DNA of 64,000 bases. Source: Octopus vulgaris. Lineage: Eukaryota. How positions within the stretch are numbered: position 1 is the first letter of the stretch; each line of letters opens with the position of its first letter. Under the pieces are notes generated by a model, which worked only from the letters and a program-made list of their open reading frames with translations, did no database searches and had not been told where the DNA came from. The stretch lies in the NCBI GenBank assembly GCA_951406725.2, contig OX597814.1, positions 64,666,001 to 64,730,000 on the forward strand, given 5' to 3'. The position numbers were made by a program, and so were the translations under genes. Shown in pieces: positions 1-12,623 of the stretch.

Positions 1-1150
1 TTGTAAAGTGTCCAATGGACAAACCTTGCTATATTGTCGTGGCGTCTCTTATACTCCTTCTGGGCTAGCGGCGTATATTATTTGGTAATATGCCATACAG
101 TTTCACTATTTTGTCCACAGATTCTGCACTTATCACTTTCTGATGTGTTGTATATTCTGTATTTTATGTAGTTTGGTCTTAGCGCTTGGTCTTGGGCAGC
201 ACAGTTAGAGCCTCTGTTTCCGGTTTTAAATCACTTTTAGTCATCCGCAGCCATCTTTTTTCTCAGTCTTATCTTCAACATCCCTATGAAATTATCCATG
301 TATTCTTTTCTTTACCCACTTGTTTTCAGTTTCATTCGTTTTCAATTTCTTGCATAGTGCTTTATCTTTTGTAATCTTTCATTCTACGCAAGCCTGACCT
401 TCTTACTTCTAACAATAACGGTTCTGTGGCATTTTTTACATACCATGCTATGCTGTTACCTTCTGCTCTAGTGCGGTGTTCGCATCCAATAAGTCCACTT
501 CCCCATCTTTTTCTTGGTACATATAGTCTGTATGTGTCACTTTTTGGGTGGAGTGTCCCATATCTAGTTTGCAACTTCCTTGTCTTTCTGTCTAAGCTGT
601 TTAGTTAGCCTACTGTCCATGCGATTACTCCTGCTCCATATCTAAGGAGTGAAACCGCCCAGGTGACGATAGCTTCAATCTTATTCCGTTCGTTTAATTT
701 CGACTTAAGGATCAGTCTCAGTCTGCAAAAGTACTCCGCCTTAAATTTTTCTGTCATTTCTTTCTCCATTGCCAATATCCCCAAGTACTTATAGCCCGTC
801 TCTTTTATCTGCTTCATAACCTCCCCCGACGGTATCGATAGCCCGTCCATACATTTGATTTTGCCTCTCTTCAAGACTAACAGACCTCACTTTCTCAGTT
901 CGAACTCCACTCTGATATCAGTACTGAATGTATACACCGTACCAACGAGGGAACTGACTTGGGTTTCATCTTTACCATAAAATTTGAGGTCATCTATGAA
1001 TAACAAATGGTTGACGTTTTCTTAGCGGCTCTTGAATACATTGACAGCCTTTGCTTTCCTCAGAATCAGTATTAGTGGTATCAAGCACAGTACAAAGATC
1101 ACTGGGGACAGGCAATCCCCTTGGAAGATGCCCCTCCTAATTTCTACTGT
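1..1150 (-). mobile_element. Dong/R4-like (restriction-endonuclease type) non-LTR retrotransposon fragment, RT to C-terminal region, decayed
   Basis: Minus-strand ORF pieces RGIFQGDCLSP..F.LCLIPL, YKYLGI, LLRYGAGVIAW and LHPKSDTYRLYVPRK..GSGL; same family as 25843-27460; abuts an (ATC)n/(ATT)n tract. Confidence 0.85.
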
Positions 1151-1361
<211 letters not shown>

Positions 1362-1589
1362 ACTTCAAACTATGGTACGAGGCCAGCAATTTTAGGGGAG
1401 GAGATTAGTCTATTGCTGCAATCCCAGTATTTAATGAATATATTATTTTATCGACACCGAAAACATGAAAGGCCCAGTTGACCTCGATGAAGTTTCAACT
1501 TAGGGCATAATAATGATGATAATAAAATAACAATAATGTCAAAAATAATTTAAAATATCTGAGTTAGGGCGGTACAATACATTGTACTA

Positions 1590-4240
1590 TGGGGTTACAG
1601 AAACGCATGTAAAGATTAAGATAACAAAATCAAACAAACAAACAATGCAAACAAGAAATAATTCCTCGAAATAATTTCTGGTGGTGGGGTTCTGGAAGAT
1701 GTGCACATCCCATAGAACCATGGTTAAAATGATCACCAAGATAAGTGGCTTTTCGCTCTCTTTCTCCACTAATCTATAAACACTTTCTCAGGGTAGGCTC
1801 GCTCACTCTGAACACTCTTGTCATGCCTCATGTACCTTTTAACAAATTTGCTGGAAGGCAGCACTTAATCTCTCCACTGTCACTTTCATTTTCAATTGAA
1901 ACTTGAAAAACTGATTAGGGCCAGGCGAAAGAGGACGGTATTTGTCTTTCTACCTGGTCCACCACAGAACCTCTTTCGCTAAGACCAACTGACAGAAAAA
2001 CACTGCCTGTCATTGCTGATCAAAAAAAAAAAAAAAAAAAAAAACGGCTGCGGAGCAATCTTTCCAGTTGACTCAGCTCTTTCTGCCTCTATGTGTTCGA
2101 CATACCGAAAGTCAGTAATGCTTTCGTCCTCCTTTACGAATCTTAGGTAGGCTTGGCAGACAGCACTCCAATGCTTGTAGAATTTATCTGGAACCGGCAT
2201 TTCTTCTCCTATCCCAGTGGCAGTGCCAAGCTAGAGATTTCTGGGAATTATTGCCAGGCACCGGCCTGAATATCCCCCAGAATAGACGCGCCAGTTGATT
2301 CTTGTCGAAACCCAGAATCTCCGGAGTAAGCCGTCGCTCTTATCCGCCACTAACTTTGTATTTTCCGTTGAAGAGTTGGTCGTGGGCTAATCTCGCCGCG
2401 AGCACGTCATTTGCGATGCCCTTCCAAAGCGTCTCCTTTAAGTCTCTAACTAGGTCTACTGCTATTTTATTTTCCTCTCTCATTGCAACCTTATCGATTC
2501 TATTTTAATCACTTTTATTAGGGCGATCCTTCATTTTTGTTTGATGGTTGCTCCAGTCAACAACTGTTTGACAATTTCACTTGTCTGGCCAACGTAAGCT
2601 TGGCGCACCGAGAGCGACGCATTTAGCTTCAAGCAGTCAAGTCCTTTATACGAAGCCTGTGTAGGTCGGCTATCCACAACACAAATTTGTAGTCTGTGTA
2701 GTCAATGATTGTAACATGTGGTCAAACTATGCAACACTTATACACTGGCCCACAAAATACTCTGTCTCGATACAATCAAGATGACCCAATTTGATTTGTT
2801 AGTATCCACACTGACATATACAGGAATCGTAGTTACTATCTGTCAGACAGTTGAAAACCTCTGAACATGTTTCGCATTGCTTTTGCACACACCCCTATAA
2901 GCTGGCCCTACTTCATACAAACGTGCACCCAAGATGCTGTTCCAGTCGCCCACTAACGCTAAAAAGTGGGACGTTCCCAGGAAAATCTGAAGAAATCCAA
3001 TTGTCCCGTCTCTATTAGAACATAAACCGCTATTATTCGAATGGTGCCCCTTCACTATTGTTCTTGACCAGGACCACCAACTTCCCTTCTGAATCAACAA
3101 AGATTGCACATATCGTGAAACCCAGATCATTCTAAATCAACACAGTAGTCTTACAATTTACAAGTCTTACAATTTTCATCCGTTTGGAGATAAGTATGTC
3201 ACGTATTCATCAAAAATAAACGTGAAGGTTTATGTATCACAAAACTCTGATTTCGCTGATAGCCATCACTTTTATAATTAGTGATTTGATGTGGCCTTGC
3301 TTCCAGGTGACCCAAGACGACGTGTATTTATACCGTCTATTTTAAATAAGACGATGTTCGCCAGAAAGAACAACGTGAGAAAAGATCTCTTAATTCCTTC
3401 TCATGGAGGAACACGGGTTTCCCTCCGGTTGGTTGTGGATGTTTCCATAATCAGTTCCTTATATAATCTTTTATTGATATTCCTTCTAACGTCTCCTACT
3501 CCGCCTGAGTATTTGTTTTTTATGGCGATGTATATAGCCTGAGTTATTTGTTTCATTTTTTGCCTGTTAGTATCTTATTTGTTGTTGCGATGAAATCATT
3601 CTGTGGGTTGATGTAAGTATTTCATTAACTCTATACTGTTTGTACTTATGGCGGTGTAATTTATTTTTCCAGGCAGTTGTCCTTTGTTTGGGAGTATAAT
3701 GTGCTTTGCGGCGGTCTGTGATGGTCGTCCCAGTGGTGGTGATGATTGTGATAGTTATGGTGGTGATAGCGTTAGTAGTATTAGAATTATTGTTATCGAA
3801 GATGGTATTTGTGTGTCGTTGTTGGGAAGTGTTTATTCTGTCCATTTGCACCACCCAGACGTGATTTTTTGTTCGTTTTTTATTGCCATTTGCTTTCTTC
3901 TTGTCTTACTGGACACGAGCGGGGAGGGGCAGGTCAGATGGGTCACTGTCTTTTTGTTTTGTGGATATTATTGGTACATTCACTTGCTACTATTGGTGAT
4001 TCTTGAGGATGGTTTTTCTTTTCCTGCTTTTATCGCTGTTTTTTTCCACTTTTGGCGTTGTTGCTGCTCTTGTTGTTAGGGATACTTCAATGTAGTTGGT
4101 GCTGCAATTGCATACAGTTCTTGCTTATACTTGTGGTTGTTGTTGGTGATGCAGTTGACAGTAATTGTTTTCTGTTGTTGTTGTTGTTATTGTTGGGGAA
4201 GAAATCATTGAGGTTGTTACTGGTTCTACATTTGTAGTAA
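1590..4240 (-). mobile_element. Decayed, internally deleted Tx1/L1-like LINE remnant
   Basis: Minus ORF 2843-3130 has the APE-endonuclease-like motif LALVGDWNSIL; upstream low-complexity Q/N/T-rich ORF1-like sequence resembles that at 8300-10280; boundaries approximate. Confidence 0.5.
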
Positions 4241-4772
4241 CAAGGCTCTCTACTACCACCTTCAGTTATTACCTTTCAGGAATTTCCATTACGTTATGGG
4301 TTTGGTCTAGTGTCTCGGATTTCATCGGAACCTAATTCTAAAATCTATCCTATCCCAACCAAATTAGAGGTAGAAATAACTATCTAAATATATAGAAAAT
4401 ACATGTAAAATTTCAACATCTAAATATATTTTAAAATGTGTTCCGCAGAGCACATCTTAATTTATCTAAATATGGAGCAAAACTATCTAAAGTGCCAAAG
4501 AAAATATTCAAAGTGAATAAAAGATATTTCAGATAAAGATAAGTAAATGCTAAATATGGAGTGGATGGGAAAAAGCCAAGATATTCCATAAAAAAATAAA
4601 GAAAAACCAATGCATAAAATACCAATACCTTTATAGATCGGAGACGCTTTCTCGCGACACCTCTGTACATGTGTACAGATATCAAAATACATTCGTTCAA
4701 AGATATTTTAAAAAAATTTTCGTCCGCAACTTCAAACTTCGCGATCATAAAAATAAAAGTCTCATGCGGATA

Positions 4773-5697
4773 TAATGGGTCATCCCATAAATAATGCAGT
4801 CTTTTCAATTGCATCTAGTAAATGAGGGAGAACGACCGGATAAACTACTTGCATCAACTTGCTATAAAAGGCAGGTAGTAATTTTACCTTGTATTTATTC
4901 TTAGTGCAAGTTTTGAAAAATGCAGTTTGATTTCAACAGTTATTTTTTCAAAGCTATAATGGAAGTGACAAAGAAGCATATTCTACATATTTTGTTTTAT
5001 GAGTTCTATAAAAGCAACAACGCAACGGAAAGTGCGAGGAATATTAATGCAGTATATGGGGATCGGACAATAAGCATAAGCCAGTGTCAACGGTGGTTCC
5101 AGAAATTCGGAACCGGAAACTACAGCCTAGAAGACGAGCCCTCATCCTGGAAGATCTGTAGAGCTCGATGAGGACGTCGTGCAAACCCTGGTGGAACGAA
5201 ATCCCATCGTAATTGTTGAGGAACTAGCAAAGAAACTTGGATTTGGTCATTCAATCATTCATCGACATCAGTGCTAGAAGAAAAACGACTACCTTTTGTT
5301 TCAAGACGAAAGGTGTTCTTCCATCAGGATAATGCTCGGTCACATATAACGAGGATGACATTCCAAAGGCTGAAGCAGTTTGAATGGAAAACGATGCCCC
5401 ACTCATCATATTCTCCGGAATTACCCCAACTGATTTTCATTTATTCCGCATTCTTCAAAATCATTTGGACAGAAAAAATATGAATTCTGTAGACGAGGTC
5501 AGAACAGTACTGGAGGAGAACTGTCATCACGGACAAGTGAATTTTGGAAGAGGGGCCTTACAAGTCTAACAGATAGATGGAAGAGCATTGCAGAACATGA
5601 AAGAGAGTATATTTTAGATTAAAAAATTTTATTTATTTTGATTTTGAAAAATAAAATGAGCATAAAAAAACCGCATTATTTATGAGATGATTCAATA
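4773..5697 (+). mobile_element. Mariner-like DNA transposon, internally deleted and frameshifted
   Basis: Imperfect ~28-bp TIRs (taatgggtcatcccataaataatgcagt / accgcattatttatgagatgattcaata) flanked by TA; transposase pieces HILFYEF..NATESARNIN.VYG..WFQKF..G.YSLEDEP and FHQDNARSH..MPHSSYSPE. Confidence 0.9.
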
Positions 5698-5892
5698 TAT
5701 ATTTAAAACTCTGTATACAGAGAGTATGTTGTTTCGTATTTATGTCGCGTATCCTGTGCACAACATCCACTGTTTCCTCTGCCTCTTTCTTACAGACATT
5801 TTAATTTTCTATCTCTTGATGAGTCCATATTCAAACAAGATCAGAATGACCTCCATGTAACAGCAGCTGCTGTAACAACAGCAATAACAAAA

Positions 5893-5966
<74 letters not shown>

Positions 5967-6534
5967 AGTAAAATAAGAACAAAAGTAATAATAATAAAGA
6001 GTAGTCGGAACAATAACATGATCGAGACGCAAGATACTTCAATTGAGAAAACATTAATGCAACTAAACTCTAAGCGACGAAGCCGGCCCTTAGAAAACAC
6101 GATGGATGGGCGACAGAACAAGAGAGTTGTTGTTGGACAAATGATGCTGGACTAGCAGTATGGTGTCGCGATGATGGGTACGGAGATGTAGGTGATGTTG
6201 TTGATGGTGATGGCAAAGAGATGATGTTCTTAATGGCAATAGCGGAAAAAGAGAGAGAGAGAGAGTGACATTTTTGATGGTCGTTGTAGATTTGGTGTTG
6301 ATAGATAGTGGTTATGGTAATAGTCTTGTCATTGAGTATATGACACCTTGGTAATAGTCTGGTCGTTGTCATGGCGCTGGTGGTAGTGTAGATATTTCGA
6401 TATACAGTACAGAACTAAACAGGAAAACACAAACATACATGCTAGTGCGTGCACGCAAACACACACACACACATACACACACTCTCTGTCTCTGTCTCTC
6501 TCTCTGTCTCTCTCTCTCTCTCTGTTTCTGTCTC

Positions 6535-6590
<56 letters not shown>

Positions 6591-6649
6591 TAACCCATTC
6601 AAAAATAATTTTTTTAACAAATATCAACTTAATTATGGCTGTGAGATAA

Positions 6650-7388
6650 CAGTTTACTCAAAGTAGTCGCCCTCAGCTTCCGACACGGTCTCGAGGCTTG
6701 GTGCATGCGTTCCTCACTCTGTCTCTTGGAAGATCTTGACCTCCTTGACCTTGACCCCAGCTTGGCCTTCATTTTGCAAGCAGAGCGATTGGTGTCTTTC
6801 TCAAAAAGACCCACAAATAGTAATCTATGAGATTACAATCGGGGTAATTAGGACGCCAGAAATTGGAGCTGGTAAGGTTGTAGAAATTTTCCGGCAATCC
6901 CTTTCTAGAAGTATGGCAAGGAGCCGAATCCTACTGTCACACATATGGCCTTCAGGCAACAACCCTCTCCGTCCAGGGATTGGCCATAGTCTCCAGCAGT
7001 TTGGCATGTCCGTCTGAAATGAGCTTGAAACCCTGTTCAAAAATGAGGAGTGGCCTGACATGATCCCCCCTGAAGGCACACCAAAAGATCATCACAGTTC
7101 GGGAACCTTAGTTTTCATGATGTCCATGTCATATCTTACAGCTTTCACAATGTTCACAGAGCATTGAGTAGGAGTCACGATGTCAGCATTTTGATAACTG
7201 GCGACCATCATCATGTTGCAAGCAACTCATTCCCAATGTTCAGATGGCTTCAAGTCCTCAATATCATCTAACTTTTACACAACTACACCCTTGATTGCTC
7301 TCCAGCACTATTGACTGCTTACCAATATATCAAGCTGTTCCTCAAAAAGAGATCCAAAGAATTATCAAATTTAGCCCGAACATCCTGT
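6650..7388 (-). mobile_element. Tc1/mariner-superfamily (maT-like) transposase remnant
   Basis: Frameshifted minus-strand pieces resembling QQDSAPCHTS..PNSPDCN..DYY.W..EKDTNRSAC..EAEGDYFE; one terminal-repeat-like end near 7365-7388. Confidence 0.65.
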
Positions 7389-7429
7389 GTCTACGGTGGT
7401 ATGCTCTAAAGCTAGTGCTGGTAGTTTTC

Positions 7430-7472
<43 letters not shown>

Positions 7473-7579
7473 AATGATGGTGGTGGTGGTGGTGGTGGTG
7501 GTGGTGGTGATGGTGATGGTGGTAATGCAGGAAATATCTTTTACAACAATCCAGTTCTATAAATTGTAAAGTGTTGGAT

Positions 7580-7756
7580 AAAATATCTCGACGTATTTGT
7601 TCCGAGATCTTATGTTCTGAGTTCAGATTCTGCTGAGGTAGAGTTTCCTTTTCATTTTCTGGGGTCGATGAAATAATTATCAGTCAAGTATGTAAGTCAA
7701 TAACATTGGCTATTTCCCACCTACAAATTTTAGGCCTTGTGCCAATGTTACAATCA

Positions 7757-7812
<56 letters not shown>

Positions 7813-8025
7813 AGCGGTGAGCTGATAGAATCGTTAGCACGCTGGTTGAAATGCTTAGCGGTATTCCACCCGTCGCTATGTTCTATGTTCAAATTCCGCC
7901 GAGGTCGACTTTGTCTTTCATCCTTTCAGGTCGAAAAATTAAATACCAGTGAAACACTAGGGTCGATGTGATCGACTTACCCCTTTTCCATAATTTCTGA
8001 CCTTGTGCTTTTATTAGAAAGAATT
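7580..8025 (+). mobile_element. Two copies of SINE family B (Nin-domain-like core) separated by (ATT)n
   Basis: Core gttcaaattccgccgaggtcgactttg(c/t)ctttcatcctttc..gtcga recurs more than 10 times in the window. Confidence 0.8.
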
Positions 8026-8039
8026 AGAGGAAATCACGC

Positions 8040-8471
8040 GTGACCTCGACTCCGTATTTTGTTTTCGAAAATCGTCAGTTTTCTCCGGAAAATAGCGGGG
8101 CTTTCCTGGAGAATAAGGGATCTTTTTGCTGGTGGGTTCCTTTTTTGTTAAAAGTCCCCCATTTTCTTGGCAGACTTATCCAACTTATTCCATTTCTTAT
8201 TCTACATGGAAAAATTTAGGATTTTGCTCAATGGTAAGCAACAAATAGTTTCGAGGGGATTTCAGTCGTCGATGAGAAAAGGGTTGACAGAGGGGTGTCT
8301 TGCTACAAAAATGAGAGAGGGTGACATTTCTTCGCCTGTTGGCGTGACTACTCGACAAGCAAGCAGGCAAAACAAGATGACCATCCCAATCGCAATCAAC
8401 AACTCCGACACAACCGCCATCATCACTCTACCACTACCATTACGAACAACAACAACTGTAGCAGTAACAAT

Positions 8472-8502
<31 letters not shown>

Positions 8503-10285
8503 ACAGGAATAAGAACATTAAAGCTTTGACGGGAGAGAGAAATAAGCAGTACAGCTACGATATAAATGATTCTCCCCGTTAGCTAGCAACTTGGCTACTT
8601 CGGTCAACGATAAGAACATCACCGGAAACAATAGCATCGCTTTGGCACCGACTAATACCAACAACGACAGGAATAACATCAGCAGCAAAAGCGATAAAAT
8701 CAACACCAACAATAACAGTAACGATAAAACCAACTCCTTTGCACAAGCAACAAAATTTCAGGAACAAATCTCCCTAGAAGGAAAACATACGTAACTGAGT
8801 GAAGAAGTAAAACTCCTCGATAGAGGGGATAGGAAAACCAAGCTTGCTATTCTTCAGATTTGATGGAGAAGACGACTAGAAGGACCATCGTATACTGATG
8901 TGTGTCGCTAAAGACGAGGAAAATCTTAAATGTGCCACACATCTAAGTAGAAAAATGCTTGCTGGGCATTTGGACTGATATTGATTTCCTCACACGAGGG
9001 AGACAATATGGTTCTGTGGAAGTGAGGTTCCTCATAGAGGCACTGGCCCCAAAACACTCAACGGTTCAATGCACACACGAGGGTTTTCTTCTCCTTCCCA
9101 TGTACCCTGAACGGCGTGTGGTGAAATTTAAAAAAATCAGATGTGCCACGAGAATTAGACATTTGGTGGTTGGTTGCGTGTGCTGTGGTCGAAGTCCCGG
9201 GTTCGCTTCTATATATTAAAAAATATCGGAAGGAGAACTGGTCCGGAATCGGGTTGGAAATTTTGATCCCGGTAAAACCGGTATCCCTGGACAAGGTCCC
9301 CGACCTTATCGAACTGCCCAACGGAGTACTATTCCAAGTCGTGGTGGAAGGTAGAAAGCCAAGATGCTACACTTGTGGGCCTAACGCCCATTTGAAGGTC
9401 GGCTGCCCACAAAATCAACACAATGGAGCTCGAGAAACGGTGGCTTTGCGACCCCCATCACCACAAGAAGGCCGAAAGCTGCAACAACAATCAATGCATC
9501 AACAGCCATTAAAGCAACATTTTCAAAAGCAGAATCCCACCATCACCATCACCATCACCAAGGCACAAACAGCTGTAGCAGTGGAAACAAGCAACGCCCG
9601 ACCATCCCTACGGGCAGGCGACATATATACATCATATACTCCTGACACGGGTGATTCAGAGGCCTTATGCAACGAGGAGGAACTGAAGCTCTCAAGAAGG
9701 ACCTGTGTTATGAAAAAGCCAAAAATTAGTTCCAAATAAGGCTGTCCTAAGCTGAAAATGAAAAGACAAGGCGAGGAAAATTCAGATAATCCATCAGTTA
9801 CACTAACAACACCGATACACCTACCCAAATCCCAACAACAAAAGCAATGCACTCTCATTTAATCATAGCCAAAACTACAGAAAGCACCAAATCGGAAACA
9901 AATAAACGAAGAGAAACAACATGTACAAGAACAACCTATACAACTGACTACAGAACCCGAACGCGTCCTCAGCAAGAGCAACAGCAAGCTGATGCAGGAA
10001 GTAATGGAAAACAAAAATATTCACACAAAAGGAGTAGGGTTCGATGAATTTCTGTCGAAAATTTCCTGTGATGGACAGCTGATAAAAACGGACACAAACA
10101 CTTATCTAGAACTTAAAAAAAAATACCCAAAAGACATTGGGCCTTTTAGGCTAAAACTGGATTAGAGGACTTTAGGAAAGCTCTTCATTAAGGTAAATGC
10201 CTTAGCCGAGGTAGATGAATCAGCCGACCCTCTCAAAATCCAAGGTAAGTGACCTTCTTCCATTTTGTTTCTCCGATAAACATGG
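8040..10285 (+). mobile_element. Tx1/L1-like LINE 5' region with decayed ORF1 (CCHC zinc knuckle)
   Basis: ORF 9143-9739 has VVVEGRKPRCYTCGPNAHLKVGCP (CX2CX4HX4C); upstream frameshifted pieces RGRQYGSVEVRF; Q/T-rich low-complexity flanks; no ORF2 follows. Confidence 0.65.
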
Positions 10286-10312
10286 TGGTTTTCAGAGTAG
10301 GGTGTGTGAATT

Positions 10313-10655
10313 AGTTCCAGGTTCAGTCTCACTGCGTAGCACGTTGGGCAAGTGTCTTCTACTAATAGCCTCGGCTCGACCAAAGCCTTGTGAGTGGATT
10401 TGGTAGACGGAAACTGAAAGAAGCCCGTCGTATATATATATTTGTGTATCTGTGTTTGTCCCCCCACCATCGCTTGACAACCGATGTTGGTGTATTTATG
10501 TGCCCGTAATTTAGCGGTTCGGCAAAAGAGACCGATAGAATAAGCACTAGGCTTACAAAGAATAAGTCGTGGGGTCAATTTGTTCGACTAAAGTTGGTGC
10601 TCCAGCATGGCCGCAGTCAAATGACTGAAACAAGGAAAAGAATAAAAGGATAAAA
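10313..10655 (+). mobile_element. SINE family A (tRNA-derived head, CR1-like tail), 5' truncated
   Basis: ggttcagtctcactgcg..ggcaagtgtcttctact..gacggaaactgaaagaagcccgtcg..ctccagcatggccgcagtcaaatgactgaaac; at least 7 copies in window. Confidence 0.85.
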
Positions 10656-10725
10656 GATATATTCTCACTGTCTGTCCGCCTCTCACCTTATATCCTTACA
10701 CACACACATATATACAACATACACT

Positions 10726-10772
<47 letters not shown>

Positions 10773-10774
<2 letters not shown>

Positions 10775-12355
10775 GTGTGTGTGATTGTGTATAGAAGAAT
10801 ATATTAATAAAAAGAATTCCAACCTTGTCTGATTTTCACGTTTTATTTACAATCTTATAATGATATATTATAAGATAATATATTATAATTGAATAAAATA
10901 AAATGAAATAGTAGAATGTTAAATATTCATTCTGATTGAACTAGTACTTTCATGCATTGAATTCTGCAATCTTCGGGTTCATGTAGTAGTGTTGACAGTC
11001 ATGCTTCACAATTTTTGACTGTAGCAAGATGAGTGATTCTGTGCTATAAATACAGCTGGGTAGGCTCCAGAGTGCTAGGTTTTGCAAACTGTATTCTGAC
11101 CAATCAGTGTGTAGTATCACTCAATTACTTAAGCTGATTGGTTGGTTGAGCTGATTGGTTTAGGCATCACGCTTTGTTGGACAGGTCAAGAGTCCTGTAT
11201 CTTGACCCTGGCCGAAGCAGCAATTGTTGGGTTATTTTTAGAAATGTTGTAAATATCCTTTGTCAGAGATTTTTATATTTTTATATTTCAATTGTCATCA
11301 TCATCATTGTCAGCACCTTAATTATTGTTGCTAGCGGTGATGGTGGTGGCAATAGAACTTTTAACCCTAAATAAGATAATTTTCCTGCTATCTTCGTCTT
11401 GATCACCTTTAGTATTGTTGTTGTTGTTAGTGGTCATGGTCGTAGCAGTGGAAGTAATACCTCTAAGTATTATTATTATTGCTTATTTAGTTTGGGTTCG
11501 AATTTATCAATAAAATTCTTTTCTCTGATTTTCCTCTCGATTTCACTTGGGCTGTGTAATTTGTAGAATGGAAATATTATATATATTTTCCGACCACATG
11601 TTGCTAGGTGGTTACTCAAAGGTATCTGACGGACCTCTGGGTCTCTAATCTGTTGCCGGTGTACACGTGAGCGTTCTAATAGTGCGTTTCCCGTCTGACC
11701 TACATATATTTCTTCACAATTTGGGCATTTGATGCAGTAAATTAAATTTCTGCTTTTGCAGTTCATATTCGCGTTTGTGAATATTTTCCCGGTTTTTGTG
11801 TTTATATATTGACCGGTATGTATGAATTGGCATGTGCCACATCGGCTATCATTGCATTTAGATACCGTGAATGTTTGGTCTTTGTTGCTGAGGTCAAATT
11901 TTGCCTTTGTTAGTAATGTTTTCAAGTTTTTAGGCTGTCTTTTACTAAGCACCATAGCTCGATCCTTGATTATGTCTTTTAATTCATTACTTTGGGCAAT
12001 GATTGGAAGGTTTGCTTTGGCAATGTTGAAGATATTCTGGTGACATGGGTTGTGTGTCACTATGAATGGTATGACTTGTTCTTGTTTTCCTCTTCCTTGG
12101 GTTGTCCTAAGTTGTTGTATAGGTATTTTTATAGCCCGCTGTATGCCATTTTCTATAAGTAGAGATGGGTATTTTTGTTTGAGCAAAAATTCTCTTAGTT
12201 CTATTAGGCGTTTGTTCCTGATATTTGCATCTTCTACAATAGTACAAATTCTTCTGGCTAGGCAGTATGGGATGTTACGTTTTGTATGTGGTGGATGGCA
12301 CGACTTAAAATTTAGGTATTGATGTGTGTCTGTGTGTTTATAGTATATATCTGTG
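10773..12355 (-). repeat. Inverted, 5'-truncated copy of the element's 3' end (mirror of 15271-16825 plus pLTR 3' extension)
   Basis: Mirror coordinates sum to 27626 (11476/16150, 11174/16452); ORF 11476-12366 translation matches the ORF2 C-terminus from TDIYYK onward; 10773-10800 mirrors 12555-12582. Confidence 0.97.
10937..10981 (-). ncRNA. Minimal type I hammerhead ribozyme (copy in inverted pLTR)
   Basis: Exact reverse complement of 12374-12418. Confidence 0.75.
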
Positions 12356-12582
12356 ACTGTCAACACTACTACATGAACCCGAAGATTGCAGAATTCAATG
12401 CATGAAAGTACTAGTTCAATCAGAATGAATATTTAACATTCTACTATTTCATTTTATTTTATTCAATTATAATATATTATCTTATAATATATCATTATAA
12501 GATTGTAAATAAAACGTGAAAATCAGACAAGGTTGGAATTCTTTTTATTAATATATTCTTCTATACACAATCACACACACCC
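12354..12582 (+). repeat. 5' pseudo-LTR with 3' extension
   Basis: 12354-12554 matches 16625-16825; extension ttcttctatacacaatcacacacaccc is also present in the inverted copy. Confidence 0.9.
12374..12418 (+). ncRNA. Minimal type I hammerhead ribozyme, CCGAAGA core variant
   Basis: tgaac-CCGAAGA-ttgca gaattcaa tgcat-GAAA-gtac-TA-gttca: stem I tgaac/gttca, stem II tgca/tgca, palindromic mini-stem III. Confidence 0.75.
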
Positions 12583-12623
12583 ATATATATATATATCTAT
12601 ATTCCTATTGTGTATATGCCAAC

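Noticed and set aside
11476-12366. Independent GIY-YIG endonuclease gene
   Set aside because: It is the inverted duplicate of the ORF2 3' end; its start lies across the inversion junction.
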